Origin: Granulicella sp.
GTDB lineage: Bacteria > Acidobacteriota > Terriglobia > Terriglobales > Acidobacteriaceae
Length of the DNA stretch: 64,000 nucleotides
Assembly (NCBI GenBank): GCA_027339965.1
Contig: DAHWNL010000078.1
Span: 64,001 to 128,000, forward strand
Direction of reading: 5' to 3'
Shown: positions 1 to 9,771 of the stretch, in pieces
Numbering within the stretch: the first letter of the stretch is position 1
Layout of the letters: each line of letters begins with the position of its first letter
Position numbers and translations under genes: made by a program
The notes under the pieces: generated by a model
What the model was told of the DNA's origin: nothing
Databases searched by the model: none
The model's input: the letters and a program-made list of their open reading frames with translations, nothing else

Positions 1-743
1 GCGGCCGAGCAGGCGACAAATGCCTTGGCGCCGGAGTCGGGCTCAGCGTTGGAGTCGGCAACTACGGCTACGTCGGTAGCTCCGGGGCAGCCGGAGAAGG
101 AGCCGCGCAGCTTCAGAGGCTGCTGCGTGGAGTTGGTGATGGTGTAGACCGAGAGACTGCCGGAGATGCGATTGCTGACCACCAGGGTATGGTGATCAGG
201 CGCCACCTTGGCCACACCTGGCCCCTCCCCAGTGGATGCATACCCAATCTGCCGGTGCTTCTCCAGATCCAGCACGCTGACGGTGTTGGATCCCGAGTTG
301 GGCACGTAGCCACGCTTGCCATCCGGCGAGACAGCCAGGAAGTACGGCGTCCTTTGCACTCCGATGGTGGAGACCACGCGGTTGGTGGTGGCGTCGATGA
401 CCGAGACGGAGTCGCTTCCGCTGTTCACTGCGTAGATCTCATTGCGCACCGGGTTGATCGCGAGGCCGGTGGGTTGGCGCCCTACCGGAATCACCCGGTC
501 CTGGCGGAGGTAGACAAGATCCAGTGCCGTGACAGTGCCGCGTGCGCCGTTGGAGACGTAGGCAAACTCGTGATAGCTGGCAGGATAAGCGGGAAAGGGA
601 GAACGGGAACAACTGCCGAGGGCCAGCGGCAAAAGTAGCACAATGCCGGGAGCCCAGCGCTTATGGAAGGGGCCGTCGGATTGGGCGCGCCGCGGTTCCA
701 AGTCCTTTTGCCCCTGGCGCGCTTCGTTCTGTCCCTGGCTCAT
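1..743 (-). CDS. YncE/YVTN-family beta-propeller lipoprotein (3' end runs off the window)
   Basis: Manual translation (absent from the ORF track): MSQGQNE...VLLLPLALGSC (lipobox), then AYVSN..GTVTALD, IYAVNSGSDSVSVID, GYVPNSGSNTVSVLD repeats. Its ATG overlaps the ccmD stop (ATGA). Confidence 0.8.
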   Translation of the reverse strand, partial: MSQGQNEARQGQKDLEPRRAQSDGPFHKRWAPGIVLLLPLALGSCSRSPFPAYPASYHEFAYVSNGARGTVTALDLVYLRQDRVIPVGRQPTGLAINPVRNEIYAVNSGSDSVSVIDATTNRVVSTIGVQRTPYFLAVSPDGKRGYVPNSGSNTVSVLDLEKHRQIGYASTGEGPGVAKVAPDHHTLVVSNRISGSLSVYTITNSTQQPLKLRGSFSGCPGATDVAVVADSNAEPDSGAKAFVACSA

Positions 744-859
744 CGCTTGCTCTTGCGCCACTGCACTGCCAGCCAGCTGACGTATCCCAACTGAAGCAAC
801 CATACGGCGCAGTAAGCGTATACCAAGTGCCGCTGGGAGAGTGTGTGAAACGGAATCAT
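740..859 (-). CDS. ccmD: heme exporter protein D-like small membrane protein (39 aa)
   Basis: Manual translation MIPFHTLSQRHLVYAYCAVWLLQLGYVSWLAVQWRKSKR: one TM helix with the AY motif and a basic tail. Start overlaps the ccmC stop (TGATG). Confidence 0.75.
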   Translation of the reverse strand: MIPFHTLSQRHLVYAYCAVWLLQLGYVSWLAVQWRKSKR

Positions 860-1596
860 CAGGCCTCCTCCAAGCGGTGACGGAGCACTGCGTTGGTTTC
901 TTCCCGGCTAAGAATACCAAGGGCCTCGGCATTGGCATCCTGCTGCCGGCGCCGCTCAATGGCATAGCGCACACCCACCAGAAAAGCCCCCCACATCGCC
1001 CAGGCAACCATGTTCCAGAGGACAGCGGGCAGCATGCTGGGGTCAATGCCGGAGTTGGCCCCGCCACCGAAGACGGCGGCCGGATGCTGCGTGCGCCACC
1101 AGCGGATCGACATGAAGCAGATCGGAATATCAATGGCGGCGAAGATCGCCAGCACGGCTGCGATCACCGCCGTCCGCCCCGTGGAGGAGAAGCTGCGCAC
1201 CAACAGATAGCAGACATAAAGCAGCCACAGCAGAAGATAGGTGGTCATGCGCGCATCCCAAGCCCACCAGATGCCCCAGGCTGCGCGCCCCCACAGCATG
1301 CCGGTTGCCAGCCCGATGGTGGCGTAGAGCACGGTGACCTCCGCGGAGGCTAGAGCAAAGGCATCCGCTGCAGCGGCGCGCTCCACGTTGCGATTGCGCC
1401 AGAAGAGGTACAGAAAAGATGCGGCCAGATTCAGATACGGAAAGACAAAGCTGAGAATGGCATGGGGCAGATGGTAGAAGAAGACCCGGTAAAGGTTGCC
1501 CATGGTTGCCTCTCGCGGTGCGGCCATGGCCCGGTAGAAGCCATAAATCAGCAACAAAACGGTAAGCGCAAGCCAACCCTTAGCCCACTTGGGCAT
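859..1596 (-). CDS. ccmC: heme exporter protein C (cytochrome c biogenesis)
   Basis: WWD motif (GMLWGRAAWGIWWAWDARMT), FFYHLP and WWRTQHP histidines. Start uncertain (ATG 1596 or GTG 1626). Confidence 0.92.
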   Translation of the reverse strand: MPKWAKGWLALTVLLLIYGFYRAMAAPREATMGNLYRVFFYHLPHAILSFVFPYLNLAASFLYLFWRNRNVERAAAADAFALASAEVTVLYATIGLATGMLWGRAAWGIWWAWDARMTTYLLLWLLYVCYLLVRSFSSTGRTAVIAAVLAIFAAIDIPICFMSIRWWRTQHPAAVFGGGANSGIDPSMLPAVLWNMVAWAMWGAFLVGVRYAIERRRQQDANAEALGILSREETNAVLRHRLEEA

Positions 1597-1829
1597 CGTT
1601 CGATTCGATCTAGGAATTTTAGTCACCCTCCGTGATTTTATCTCTTCGTTGAACCGGTCTGGAGAGTTCCGCCTGGCGGTCGAGTCGCCCTCTACACCCG
1701 CGGATCCTCGCCCCACAGCGCCCCGCAGCGGGGGAATCTTCCCCGCTGCGCCAGGGGGCGAATCAGCGCTTGGCGCCAGCTCCAGGGGTTGGCCGCGGCT
1801 TTGACCAGGACGAGCGCCTGCCGGCAGAT

Positions 1830-2510
1830 TCAATCCGCGCTCAGGACAGTTTCGAACAACAGGACGCAAGCGGTTGTGAAGACAATCACATAGGCCAAAA
1901 GCACCTTGATCCATAATGTCGGTTCAAACTGGCCGGTGAGCACGGCCGTGGTGGCCTGGATCATGGCCAGAAGCGCCGGCATGGAGATAGGCAGTAAAAC
2001 CAGCGGCAGCAGTGTCTCACGGTTGCGCGTGCGCAGGCTGAGCGCCGCAAAGAAAGTGCCGTTGACCACCAGGGCCCAGGTTCCGAGCGGCAGGATAAAC
2101 AACAGCTTCCACGCCTGGCCCAGTGGCTGCAAGTTGTAAAAAACAGTGAAGATGGGAGCCAGAACGATCTCCACGGCCGTGACGAAGAAAAAGTTGGCCA
2201 GGGCCTTGCCAATGAACAGAGCCGAAGCCGGGGCCTCCAATAGCCGATGCGCGTCCAGAACACTGTTGTTGGTCTCCCGAGCCCAGGACTGATTCAGCGC
2301 CGTCATGGCCGCAAACAGCAGGGCGACCCACAACAGACCACCGCTGATCTGGCGCGTCATGTCAGGATACGACGCCGGGTCAAAGGCCATGGCAAGCACC
2401 ACCACCACCAGCAGGGCGAAGAAGAGCATGCCGTTGATGGAGTCTTTCGTACGCCACTCCAGGCGCAGATCCTTGCGGAGGTGGGTGAGAACGTGCTGGG
2501 CGTAGTTCAT
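1830..2510 (-). CDS. ccmB: heme exporter protein B
   Basis: KDLRLEWR N-terminus, multiple TM helices, LLPLVLLPISMP motif, ccm context. Confidence 0.9.
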   Translation of the reverse strand: MNYAQHVLTHLRKDLRLEWRTKDSINGMLFFALLVVVVLAMAFDPASYPDMTRQISGGLLWVALLFAAMTALNQSWARETNNSVLDAHRLLEAPASALFIGKALANFFFVTAVEIVLAPIFTVFYNLQPLGQAWKLLFILPLGTWALVVNGTFFAALSLRTRNRETLLPLVLLPISMPALLAMIQATTAVLTGQFEPTLWIKVLLAYVIVFTTACVLLFETVLSAD

Positions 2511-3049
2511 GCTGGTCCTTGCGGGCCGTTGGTGGGGACAGCGCGGCTATCGGCTCTGGTGAGGTCGGCCAGAGCGGCTGAGGTGGCGCGCAGATAGTCC
2601 TGCGGCGACAACAGCAACTGCAGACCGCGCTGCCCGGCTGACACGGAGATCACGTCGAAGATCTCCAGGGTCTCATCGGCAAAGGCCGGGAAGGGCTTTT
2701 TGGCCGCCAGCACGGTGACGCCGCCGCGAATGTACCCGGTGAGCGGTTCAACATCCTTCAAAGCGGCCAACTCTACCTTGCGCATACCGGCAGCGGCTGC
2801 CAGCTTCTTCAAATCCAGCTCGGAGTTTCCCGGCGTCACGGCAAACAGATGTTCGCCCTCGTGCGTGCGAGTGAGAAGCGTTTTGAACACCTGTTCAGCG
2901 GGAAGGCCAACCTTATGCGCCACCGTGATCGCCGAAAGGTCGCTTGGATCCACCTCGTAGGCGCGCAGCTCGTAATGGATGCCAAGAGAGTCCAAGTATC
3001 GCGCCGCGTTCGTCTTGCCAACAGAGGACGCCTTAGCCAATGCCTTCAT
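2507..3049 (-). CDS. ybaK: Cys-tRNA(Pro) deacylase YbaK
   Basis: KTNAARYLD, QVFKTL, LDLKKLA, TGYIRGGVT and SAGQRGLQ motifs. Confidence 0.92.
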   Translation of the reverse strand: MKALAKASSVGKTNAARYLDSLGIHYELRAYEVDPSDLSAITVAHKVGLPAEQVFKTLLTRTHEGEHLFAVTPGNSELDLKKLAAAAGMRKVELAALKDVEPLTGYIRGGVTVLAAKKPFPAFADETLEIFDVISVSAGQRGLQLLLSPQDYLRATSAALADLTRADSRAVPTNGPQGPA

Positions 3050-3909
3050 CGAACACCCTCCCTTTGCGCCGGCGTATCGCCATCTGCCTCCAGGGGCGAG
3101 GTCTGCTGCAGGGAAACCAAGCGGCCGGCGTTCATCGTCAGAGTGCTCTGCGCCAGGGGCCGCGCCAGCTCAGTCTGATGGGTGGTCAACAACAGCGTGC
3201 GCGCCAGGCCGCGGGGCGAAGGCTGAGCAAGATACGCCACAAGGCGAGCGATCATGCTGTGCGCGGAGCCTACATCGAGGTTGGAGAAGGGTTCGTCCAG
3301 CAGCAGAAGATCCGGTTCGGAGAGGAGGACGCGGGCCAGTGAGGCGCGTTGCCGCATGCCTTGCGAATATTCGCCTACCCGGCGAGGATTGGTCGGGTCC
3401 AAGCCCACTTCGCTGAGCGCCTGGGCAGCGCGGTCGCGCAGCCGAGCCTTTCGGGAACCGCTGGAATGGTTGGATCTCATGGACTGTGGACTGCTGTTTT
3501 GCAGGCCGGCAAAGTAGGTGAGGTTCTCCATGCCTGTCAGTTCGTCGTAAAGCATCGTGGCATGGCTCATATAAGCCACGGAGCCGCGTAGGTCTCGCGG
3601 AGATTCGCCGAAGATCGTCACCTCGCCATAGGTGGGCGCGTGCAGCCCGGCAACCACTTTGAGCAACGTCGACTTCCCTGCGCCATTTTCCCCTACAATG
3701 ACGACGCTCGATCCCGGGGCAAGTTGTAGCGAGACCTCACGCAGCGCCACGAAGCTGCCGTACAGCCGTGAGACCCGCTGCAGCTTGACCGCGGCGGAGG
3801 TTTCCGTGGCGGAAGACATCCTCGGCCGGGGCAAGGCCCCTGGTTTGGCAACCGCCGCACCTCCCAGCTCGATGGTGGGCGCAACCGTAGGATCCTTTCC
3901 GATGGTCAT
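3046..3909 (-). CDS. ccmA: heme ABC exporter ATP-binding protein (start may be ATG 3819)
   Basis: Walker A GENGAGKST, YSQGMRQR signature, LLLLDEP; lies upstream of ccmB/ccmC. Confidence 0.85.
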   Translation of the reverse strand: MTIGKDPTVAPTIELGGAAVAKPGALPRPRMSSATETSAAVKLQRVSRLYGSFVALREVSLQLAPGSSVVIVGENGAGKSTLLKVVAGLHAPTYGEVTIFGESPRDLRGSVAYMSHATMLYDELTGMENLTYFAGLQNSSPQSMRSNHSSGSRKARLRDRAAQALSEVGLDPTNPRRVGEYSQGMRQRASLARVLLSEPDLLLLDEPFSNLDVGSAHSMIARLVAYLAQPSPRGLARTLLLTTHQTELARPLAQSTLTMNAGRLVSLQQTSPLEADGDTPAQREGVR

Positions 3910-4380
3910 ATCTGCAGCTCAGTATAAAACTTCGCCGTAAGCTGCCGTGTGATTTGGGCCGCTGTGCGTTGCCGGGGGGAAGAGCCGCATCCAGGAAGCG
4001 GTTTTGTCGCGGAGATGAAGCTATGGCCGCCGGCAGAAGAGGCGAAGGGAGCGGCGTCCGGCCACGGCTTCCAAGGCAGCATGGATCGCACGGAGCCTGC
4101 ACCGGGCTCCTGGCCCGCCGCCGAGCGCGGTACATGAACAAATTGGCATCGCGACGACCGGTAGACGGATGCGGACCGCACCTGAGATCTGGAGCAGGAA
4201 ACCTCGGACCGCGGCAAGCACTCGATGGCGAAACGGCCGGCACCGGCTTCGTGAAACGGAACCGAGGCATACCCCCCGGCCATGCGATAGAAAGATGCAC
4301 GCTCCACGATTGGTTGTGGAGATGCGAAAACCGGGAGCCAGATTCGCCGTCATCCTCAGCGTAGCTGTCAGCTTGCGCCT

Positions 4381-4497
4381 TATAGCATTTTCAGTGCTGC
4401 TGGGTACACCGGAGAGGGCGTGCACTGGCGTTTTCATTGGGGAAAACGCCCTTGGAGGTCAAGGCGTCGCGTTACACCGGCACTGAAAACGCTTTAG
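4381..4497 (+). repeat. MITE-like intergenic repeat, copy 1
   Basis: Imperfect terminal inverted repeats TATAGCATTTTCAGTG / CACTGAAAACGCTTTAG; central hairpin GGCGTTTTC-ATTGGG-GAAAACGCC; homologous to 6370-6485. Confidence 0.85.
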
Positions 4498-4606
4498 TGA
4501 CCATGGCTCTCTTTCCCAAACTTCCAAACTCGCAAGGCTCCGGGATCCTCATCGGGAAAGCGGGCGCAGCGACGGCGATGCCGGGCCGCTCCGGCGGCGA
4601 AGAGGT

Positions 4607-4915
4607 TCATCCCAACGAATCCAACATCTCCTGCATCTCTCTGGCGGCGTGGGCGTTTCCGGTGCGCTCGCAGGCCGCCAATCCGGCCCGCAGCCGTGTC
4701 CTGGCCTCTTCCGCCCGGCCCATCGTTAGCAGCGTCTGCGCCGACATCTGGAAGGCGGGCACGTAGTCCGGGTTATATTCCAGGACGAGCGCATACTCGC
4801 GCAGCGCTGCTTCGATCCTTCCCTCAGCCGCATACGCCATCGCCAGACCGTAGCGCGCAAACGCATCTTTCGGATTCTGTTCCAAGATCCCACTCAACAT
4901 CGCAATCCTGTCCAT
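4607..4915 (-). CDS. tetratricopeptide repeat protein
   Basis: MDRIAMLSGILEQNPKDAFARYGLAMAY...NPDYVPAFQM TPR pattern. Confidence 0.85.
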   Translation of the reverse strand: MDRIAMLSGILEQNPKDAFARYGLAMAYAAEGRIEAALREYALVLEYNPDYVPAFQMSAQTLLTMGRAEEARTRLRAGLAACERTGNAHAAREMQEMLDSLG

Positions 4916-4974
4916 GTTGCTAGGATGCGGCACGTCGTCTGCCGATGCAAACAAGGAGCCATTACAATAAAGGA

Positions 4975-5496
4975 ATGGCCGTTCAACCTCCCTCGAAGCC
5001 GGTTCATGCCTCCCAATCGGAACGGAGCGAGATCATCTTCCCGGCCGACGCCAACGCATTGGGCAATCTCTTCGGTGGTCGCCTGATGCAGTTCATTGAC
5101 CTGGTAGGGGCTACGGCCGCAAGCCGCCACGCCCGCGCCTATACCGTCACCGCCTCCATGGATCATCTGGACTTCGTCGCCCCGGTCCACGTCGGCGACC
5201 TGTTGATCCTGAAAGCCAGCGTCAACCGCGCCTTTCGCACCTCCATGGAAATCGGAGTCAAAGCCATGGTGGAAGACGTCCGCGCCCAGACCTTGCGCCA
5301 TGTCTCCAGCGCTTATCTGACCTATGTTGCGGTCGATCTCGCGGGCAACCGTCTCGAAGTCCCGGAGGTCGTGCCGGAGACAGATCACCAGATTCGGCGT
5401 TTTGAAGCCGCTCTTCGCCGCCGCCAGTTGCGCTCCGAAGAGATGGCGCGCAAGAAGGAACACCACTCCAACTTGCCTCCGGAGTGGCTCATCTAG
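4975..5496 (+). CDS. acyl-CoA thioesterase (hotdog fold, YciA-like)
   Basis: DANALGNLFGGRLM, VTASMD, RTSMEIGV motifs. Confidence 0.9.
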   Translation: MAVQPPSKPVHASQSERSEIIFPADANALGNLFGGRLMQFIDLVGATAASRHARAYTVTASMDHLDFVAPVHVGDLLILKASVNRAFRTSMEIGVKAMVEDVRAQTLRHVSSAYLTYVAVDLAGNRLEVPEVVPETDHQIRRFEAALRRRQLRSEEMARKKEHHSNLPPEWLI

Positions 5497-5539
5497 TTCA
5501 CCATGAATTTATAAGCGAAGCACTCCAAAAGAGGATCTT

Positions 5540-6373
5540 ATGTCTCACTCTCATGCACCCGCAGCGCAAGCTCCACAGCGTCTCCCTGGGATCCGTCACA
5601 TTCTGGCGGTTGGTTCCGGAAAGGGAGGGGTTGGGAAAACCACGGTCGCCGTCAACCTTGCGGTGGCGTTGAACAAACTCGGCCACCGCGTCGGGCTGAT
5701 CGATGCCGACATCTACGGCCCAAACGTACCCACCATGCTTGGCGCCACCCGCTCGCCCAGCATCGTCGACGGAAACCTGATGGAACCGATCCTCGCCCAT
5801 GGCGTCCGGTTCATCTCCATTGGCTTGATCTCTCCCGGCGACAAGCCGATGATCATGCGTGGTCCGATGCTGCACCAGATTATCCGCCAGTTCCTTCAGC
5901 AGGTGGCTTGGGGAGAGCTGGATGACCTGATCATCGACCTCCCCCCCGGCACTGGCGACGTCGTGATCTCGCTCGTCCAGACCGTGCCGCTAAGCGGCGC
6001 CATCGTGGTATCCACCGGGTCTGCAGTAGCGCTAGAGGATGCCCGCAAGGCCCTCGAGATGTTCCATCAGGTCAACGTCCCTGTCATTGGCCTGGTAGAA
6101 AACATGTCGCAGATGACGCTGCCGGATGGCTCCGTGGTGGACGTCTTTGGCGCCGGCGCCACGGAACAGACGGCCCGCCAGTTCAACCTTCCCTTCCTTG
6201 GCTCAGTCGATCTGGATCCTCAGATCCGCACCGGAGGCGACAGTGGGCTTCCAGCTGCGCTCGCGGGCTCCGCCACGGCGCGGGGGAAAGAGTTCCTGGC
6301 CATCGCCGAAAAGGTCGCCACACGAACTCAGGCGCTGGCCGCCAAAGACAGCGTGGTTCTGGAGGTCTCCTAA
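5540..6373 (+). CDS. mrp: Mrp/ApbC/NBP35 Fe-S cluster carrier ATPase
   Basis: SGKGGVGKTT, DADIYGP, RGPM, DLPPGTGD and VENMS motifs. Confidence 0.92.
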   Translation: MSHSHAPAAQAPQRLPGIRHILAVGSGKGGVGKTTVAVNLAVALNKLGHRVGLIDADIYGPNVPTMLGATRSPSIVDGNLMEPILAHGVRFISIGLISPGDKPMIMRGPMLHQIIRQFLQQVAWGELDDLIIDLPPGTGDVVISLVQTVPLSGAIVVSTGSAVALEDARKALEMFHQVNVPVIGLVENMSQMTLPDGSVVDVFGAGATEQTARQFNLPFLGSVDLDPQIRTGGDSGLPAALAGSATARGKEFLAIAEKVATRTQALAAKDSVVLEVS

Positions 6374-6485
6374 AGCAGTTTCAGTGTAGGTGCACCCAAT
6401 GCCTTGGCTTCTATGGGCGTTTTTCCCAATGAAAACGCCACTGCAAGCCCTCTTCGGGACACCCATCAACACTGAAATGCTATAG
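6370..6485 (-). repeat. MITE-like intergenic repeat, copy 2 (inverted relative to copy 1; supplies the mrp TAA stop)
   Basis: CTAAAGCAGTTTCAGTG...CACTGAAATGCTATAG; its reverse complement aligns end to end with 4381-4497. Confidence 0.85.
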
Positions 6486-6612
6486 CCACCGGGCCACCGG
6501 CCTGTGACCGCCAAGAAATGATCATTCCGCAGCGGTGGCAGCTCATGTTCCGAACCGCGCCAACTGCGACCTTTCGGGGTCACAGTTGGTCTAACCTGAT
6601 ATCAAACTTCTT

Positions 6613-7707
6613 ATGTCCAGGGCCCTCACAAACCGCCAGCGCGAGATCCTCACCGCGATCGTGGAGAGTTACATCTCCACCGGCGAGCCGGTAAGCTCCG
6701 GCACACTGGCGCAGTCGGCCTTTGCGAACGGTATCAGCTCGGCCACCATCCGCCACGAGATGGCCGAGCTGGCTGAAGCCGGCCTGCTGGAGCAACCGCA
6801 CACCTCGGCCGGGCGCATCCCTTCGGCGGAGGCCTTTCGGCTTTACGTAGGACAACTGACCAACGCTCAACAACTTTCCGGAACATCCCGCGCCGAGCTG
6901 CAGATGCACCGAGAAGCCCTCCAGGCAAAGATCGATACCAGTTTTGCCGGGGTCGCCGGAGCCTCCGCCCTGCTGGAGCGTACCTCGCACGTACTCGCCT
7001 CACTCTCCAGCGGGGTCGGGCTGGCCATTGGAGCGGCCGCTGCCTCCGACCTGTTGGAGCACATCCACTTTAGCCGTCTTGCCCCACGCCGTATCTTGGC
7101 GGTTCTGGTGACCCGCAGCGGCATGGTGCGTGATCGCGTCCTGTCCTTGGAGCCAGACTCGGGCGAGGTGCTCTCGCCGCTGCAGCTTGAGGCTGCGGCC
7201 AACTACCTGAACACCCACTTCCGCGCCTGGAACATCGATCAGATCCGGCGCGAGCTGTCCGCCCGTCTGGAGGTGGAGCGAAACGCCTACCGCCAGCTCT
7301 CCGACGCCAGCCAACTCTGGTCCCGCACCCTGCCCGAGGACTCTGTCCAGCAGCAGCCCGTCTATGTCGACGGCGTCGCCAACCTGCTTGCCCTTTCTGC
7401 TGACCGCGAGCGGCTTCGCGCCATGCTGTCTGCGTTAGAGGAGAAGCAGCGCCTCATCGACCTGCTCAACGCCTACCTGGATACCGCCGAACACTCCACC
7501 CGCGTGGTCTTCAATCTTGAGCGCCAGGATCCGAGCATGGCGGGTCTGGTTCTGATCGCTGCTCCGGCGCAATTCTCCGGGGAGAGCGCCGTCGCCATCC
7601 TCGGGCACAAGCGCATGGACTACGAGAGCGCCATCAACGCCGTCGGTTACGTTGCCCGCCTTTTGCAACGAATTGACACCGGTCAAGCCGCTCCACAGGC
7701 TCCTTAG
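6613..7707 (+). CDS. hrcA: heat-inducible transcription repressor HrcA
   Basis: RQREILTAIVESYISTGEPVSS, SSATIRHEMAELAEAGLLEQPHTSAGRIPS. Confidence 0.95.
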   Translation: MSRALTNRQREILTAIVESYISTGEPVSSGTLAQSAFANGISSATIRHEMAELAEAGLLEQPHTSAGRIPSAEAFRLYVGQLTNAQQLSGTSRAELQMHREALQAKIDTSFAGVAGASALLERTSHVLASLSSGVGLAIGAAAASDLLEHIHFSRLAPRRILAVLVTRSGMVRDRVLSLEPDSGEVLSPLQLEAAANYLNTHFRAWNIDQIRRELSARLEVERNAYRQLSDASQLWSRTLPEDSVQQQPVYVDGVANLLALSADRERLRAMLSALEEKQRLIDLLNAYLDTAEHSTRVVFNLERQDPSMAGLVLIAAPAQFSGESAVAILGHKRMDYESAINAVGYVARLLQRIDTGQAAPQAP

Positions 7708-7740
7708 CAGTTGAACGGTATCACCCGTCAGGACGAACTC

Positions 7741-8397
7741 ATGAGTATCGTGAAAGATCGCTTGAAGCACTGGCCGCGAACTACCCTCCGCAAGAAGGAA
7801 GAAAACCAGAAGATGAACACCGAACAGATGGAAACCACTGAAGCCAAGCACACGGAAGATGCAACGACCACCCTTCCTGCCGAGACCACCCTTCCTGCCG
7901 AGCCGTTGGAGCTTCCCAGCGAACTGGAACAGCTTCGCGCCGAGCGGGATCAGTTTGCCCAGATGCTGGCCCAATCGCAGGACCGTCTTGCTCGCCTGCA
8001 GGCAGAGTTCGACAACACCCGCAAGCGAGAAGCCAAGGAACGCCAGGATATGCGCGACTTCGCCATCCAGTCCGCCATTGAACCTTTTCTCGGGGTTCTG
8101 GACAACTTCGCCCTGGCCCTCAAGTCGGAGGGGGATGTGGCCCAGCTTCGGACCGGCGTGCAACTGATCGTGAGGCAGATGGAGGACGCCCTTCGCGGTC
8201 TGAACATTCAGCCGGTGGAGGCTGTCGGTGCCCAGTTTGATCCTAGAATCCACGAGGCTCTGGGCAGCATCGAAACCGTAGAGCATCCGGATCACCAGGT
8301 TCTCGAGGAGATCCGCCGTGGCTATAAGCTGCGCGACAAGCTGCTGCGTCCCGCGCTAGTCAAGATCGCCGTCAACTCGGCTCAAAAGAGCGAGTAA
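7741..8397 (+). CDS. grpE: nucleotide exchange factor GrpE (alternative start 7813)
   Basis: RLQAEFDNTRKR, FDPRIHEA, GYKLRDKLLRPALV. Confidence 0.95.
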   Translation: MSIVKDRLKHWPRTTLRKKEENQKMNTEQMETTEAKHTEDATTTLPAETTLPAEPLELPSELEQLRAERDQFAQMLAQSQDRLARLQAEFDNTRKREAKERQDMRDFAIQSAIEPFLGVLDNFALALKSEGDVAQLRTGVQLIVRQMEDALRGLNIQPVEAVGAQFDPRIHEALGSIETVEHPDHQVLEEIRRGYKLRDKLLRPALVKIAVNSAQKSE

Positions 8398-8589
8398 GGT
8401 GTATCACTTCCCTTTCGCCAGCCGCCTCTCGGGAACGGCTGCGAACCAGGCTCTGGGACTTGCCGTTGGAACGGCCCATACAGACGATCGATGGAACTGG
8501 GCTCGACCGAGCAAATCCCCTGATTCAACCGGCCGGCAGCACCCGAGCCTCTCCGCCGGCCTACTCAAAGCAAGCTTCAGGATCCAGGA

Positions 8590-9720
8590 ATGGCAACCTC
8601 AACCATGAAGACCGACTTTTACGAGATTCTCAGTGTCGAACGCACCGCCTCCGATGCCGAGATCAAGAGCGCCTATCGCAAACTCGCCATGCAGTACCAC
8701 CCCGACCGCAACCCCAACAACCCGGAGGCGGAAGAAAAGTTCAAGCAGTGCAGCGAGGCCTATCAGGTTCTCTCCGATCCCGACAAGCGCGCCGCCTACG
8801 ACCGCTATGGACACGCTGGGGTCAGCGGAGCCGGCGGCTTCCCGGGAGGCAACCCTTTCCAAGGCGGAGACCTGAACGATATCTTCGGCGACCTGTTCGG
8901 AGAGATGTTCAACATGGGCGGCGCAGGTCGCCGCGCCACCCGGCAGCAGCGCGGCCGCGACCTCAAATTTGACCTGAAGATCGAGTTTGAGGAGGCTGTC
9001 TTCGGCGTCGAACGAGAGATTTCCATCCGTCGCGCGGAAACCTGCCAAGACTGCCGCGGCACCGGCTCCGCCAGAGGCAAGCAACCGGAGACCTGCCAGC
9101 AATGTGGTGGGCGCGGTCAGATACGCTCCCAGCAGGGCTTCTTCGCAGTTGCCCGCACCTGCCCGGTGTGCAGCGGAACAGGCTCCGTGATCCGCACACC
9201 GTGCCCAACCTGCAAAGGCGACTGTCGAATCGCCCGCGAGCACAAGATCCTGGTCAAGGTACCCGCCGGGGTCGAGACAGATACCCGCATCCGTTACTCT
9301 GGTGAGGGCGAAGCCGGCCGATTCGGCGGGCCCAGCGGCGACCTCTATGTCGTGCTGGAGGTCAAACCCCACAAGTTCTTCGAGCGCGATGGCGATGACC
9401 TTCACTGCGTGATGCCGATCAGCTTCCCGCAGGCCGCTCTCGGCGCTGAACTTGAACTGGAGACCCTGGACGGGGTGGAGACGATCAAGGTTCCGGAAGG
9501 GGCACAGAGCGGCCGTGAGATCCGGCTGCGTGGCAAGGGCGTCCCACACCTGAACGCTCACGGCAAGGGCGATTTGATCGTCGAGCTCCGGGTGCAGACT
9601 CCCTCCCGGCTGACCAAGCAGCAAAAAGAGATCCTCAAGCAGTTCGCGGAGACCATCGATGTGGAAAACACTCCAACCTCCCGCGGCCTGTTCAGCAAGG
9701 TGAAAGAGATTTTCAGCTAA
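8590..9720 (+). CDS. dnaJ: chaperone DnaJ
   Basis: J domain with HPD, G/F region, four CxxCxGxG-type repeats. Confidence 0.97.
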   Translation: MATSTMKTDFYEILSVERTASDAEIKSAYRKLAMQYHPDRNPNNPEAEEKFKQCSEAYQVLSDPDKRAAYDRYGHAGVSGAGGFPGGNPFQGGDLNDIFGDLFGEMFNMGGAGRRATRQQRGRDLKFDLKIEFEEAVFGVEREISIRRAETCQDCRGTGSARGKQPETCQQCGGRGQIRSQQGFFAVARTCPVCSGTGSVIRTPCPTCKGDCRIAREHKILVKVPAGVETDTRIRYSGEGEAGRFGGPSGDLYVVLEVKPHKFFERDGDDLHCVMPISFPQAALGAELELETLDGVETIKVPEGAQSGREIRLRGKGVPHLNAHGKGDLIVELRVQTPSRLTKQQKEILKQFAETIDVENTPTSRGLFSKVKEIFS

Positions 9721-9771
9721 TGCACGCCTCGATAGGATCCTGAACGGCTGATCCAAATCAGGCGCGCTCCT

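Noticed and set aside
3906..4380. Several 130-190 aa ORFs upstream of ccmA
   Set aside because: No recognisable motifs; they look like chance GC-rich ORFs.
7867..7902. 18-bp tandem duplication in grpE (TTLPAE twice)
   Set aside because: In-frame duplication in the variable, disordered N-terminus; unremarkable.
8599..9756. Long antisense ORFs (e.g. 8599-9756, 13816-14952, 23796-24998, 49204-50730, 53427-54689)
   Set aside because: Shadow frames of well-supported genes on the opposite strand, common in GC-rich DNA.
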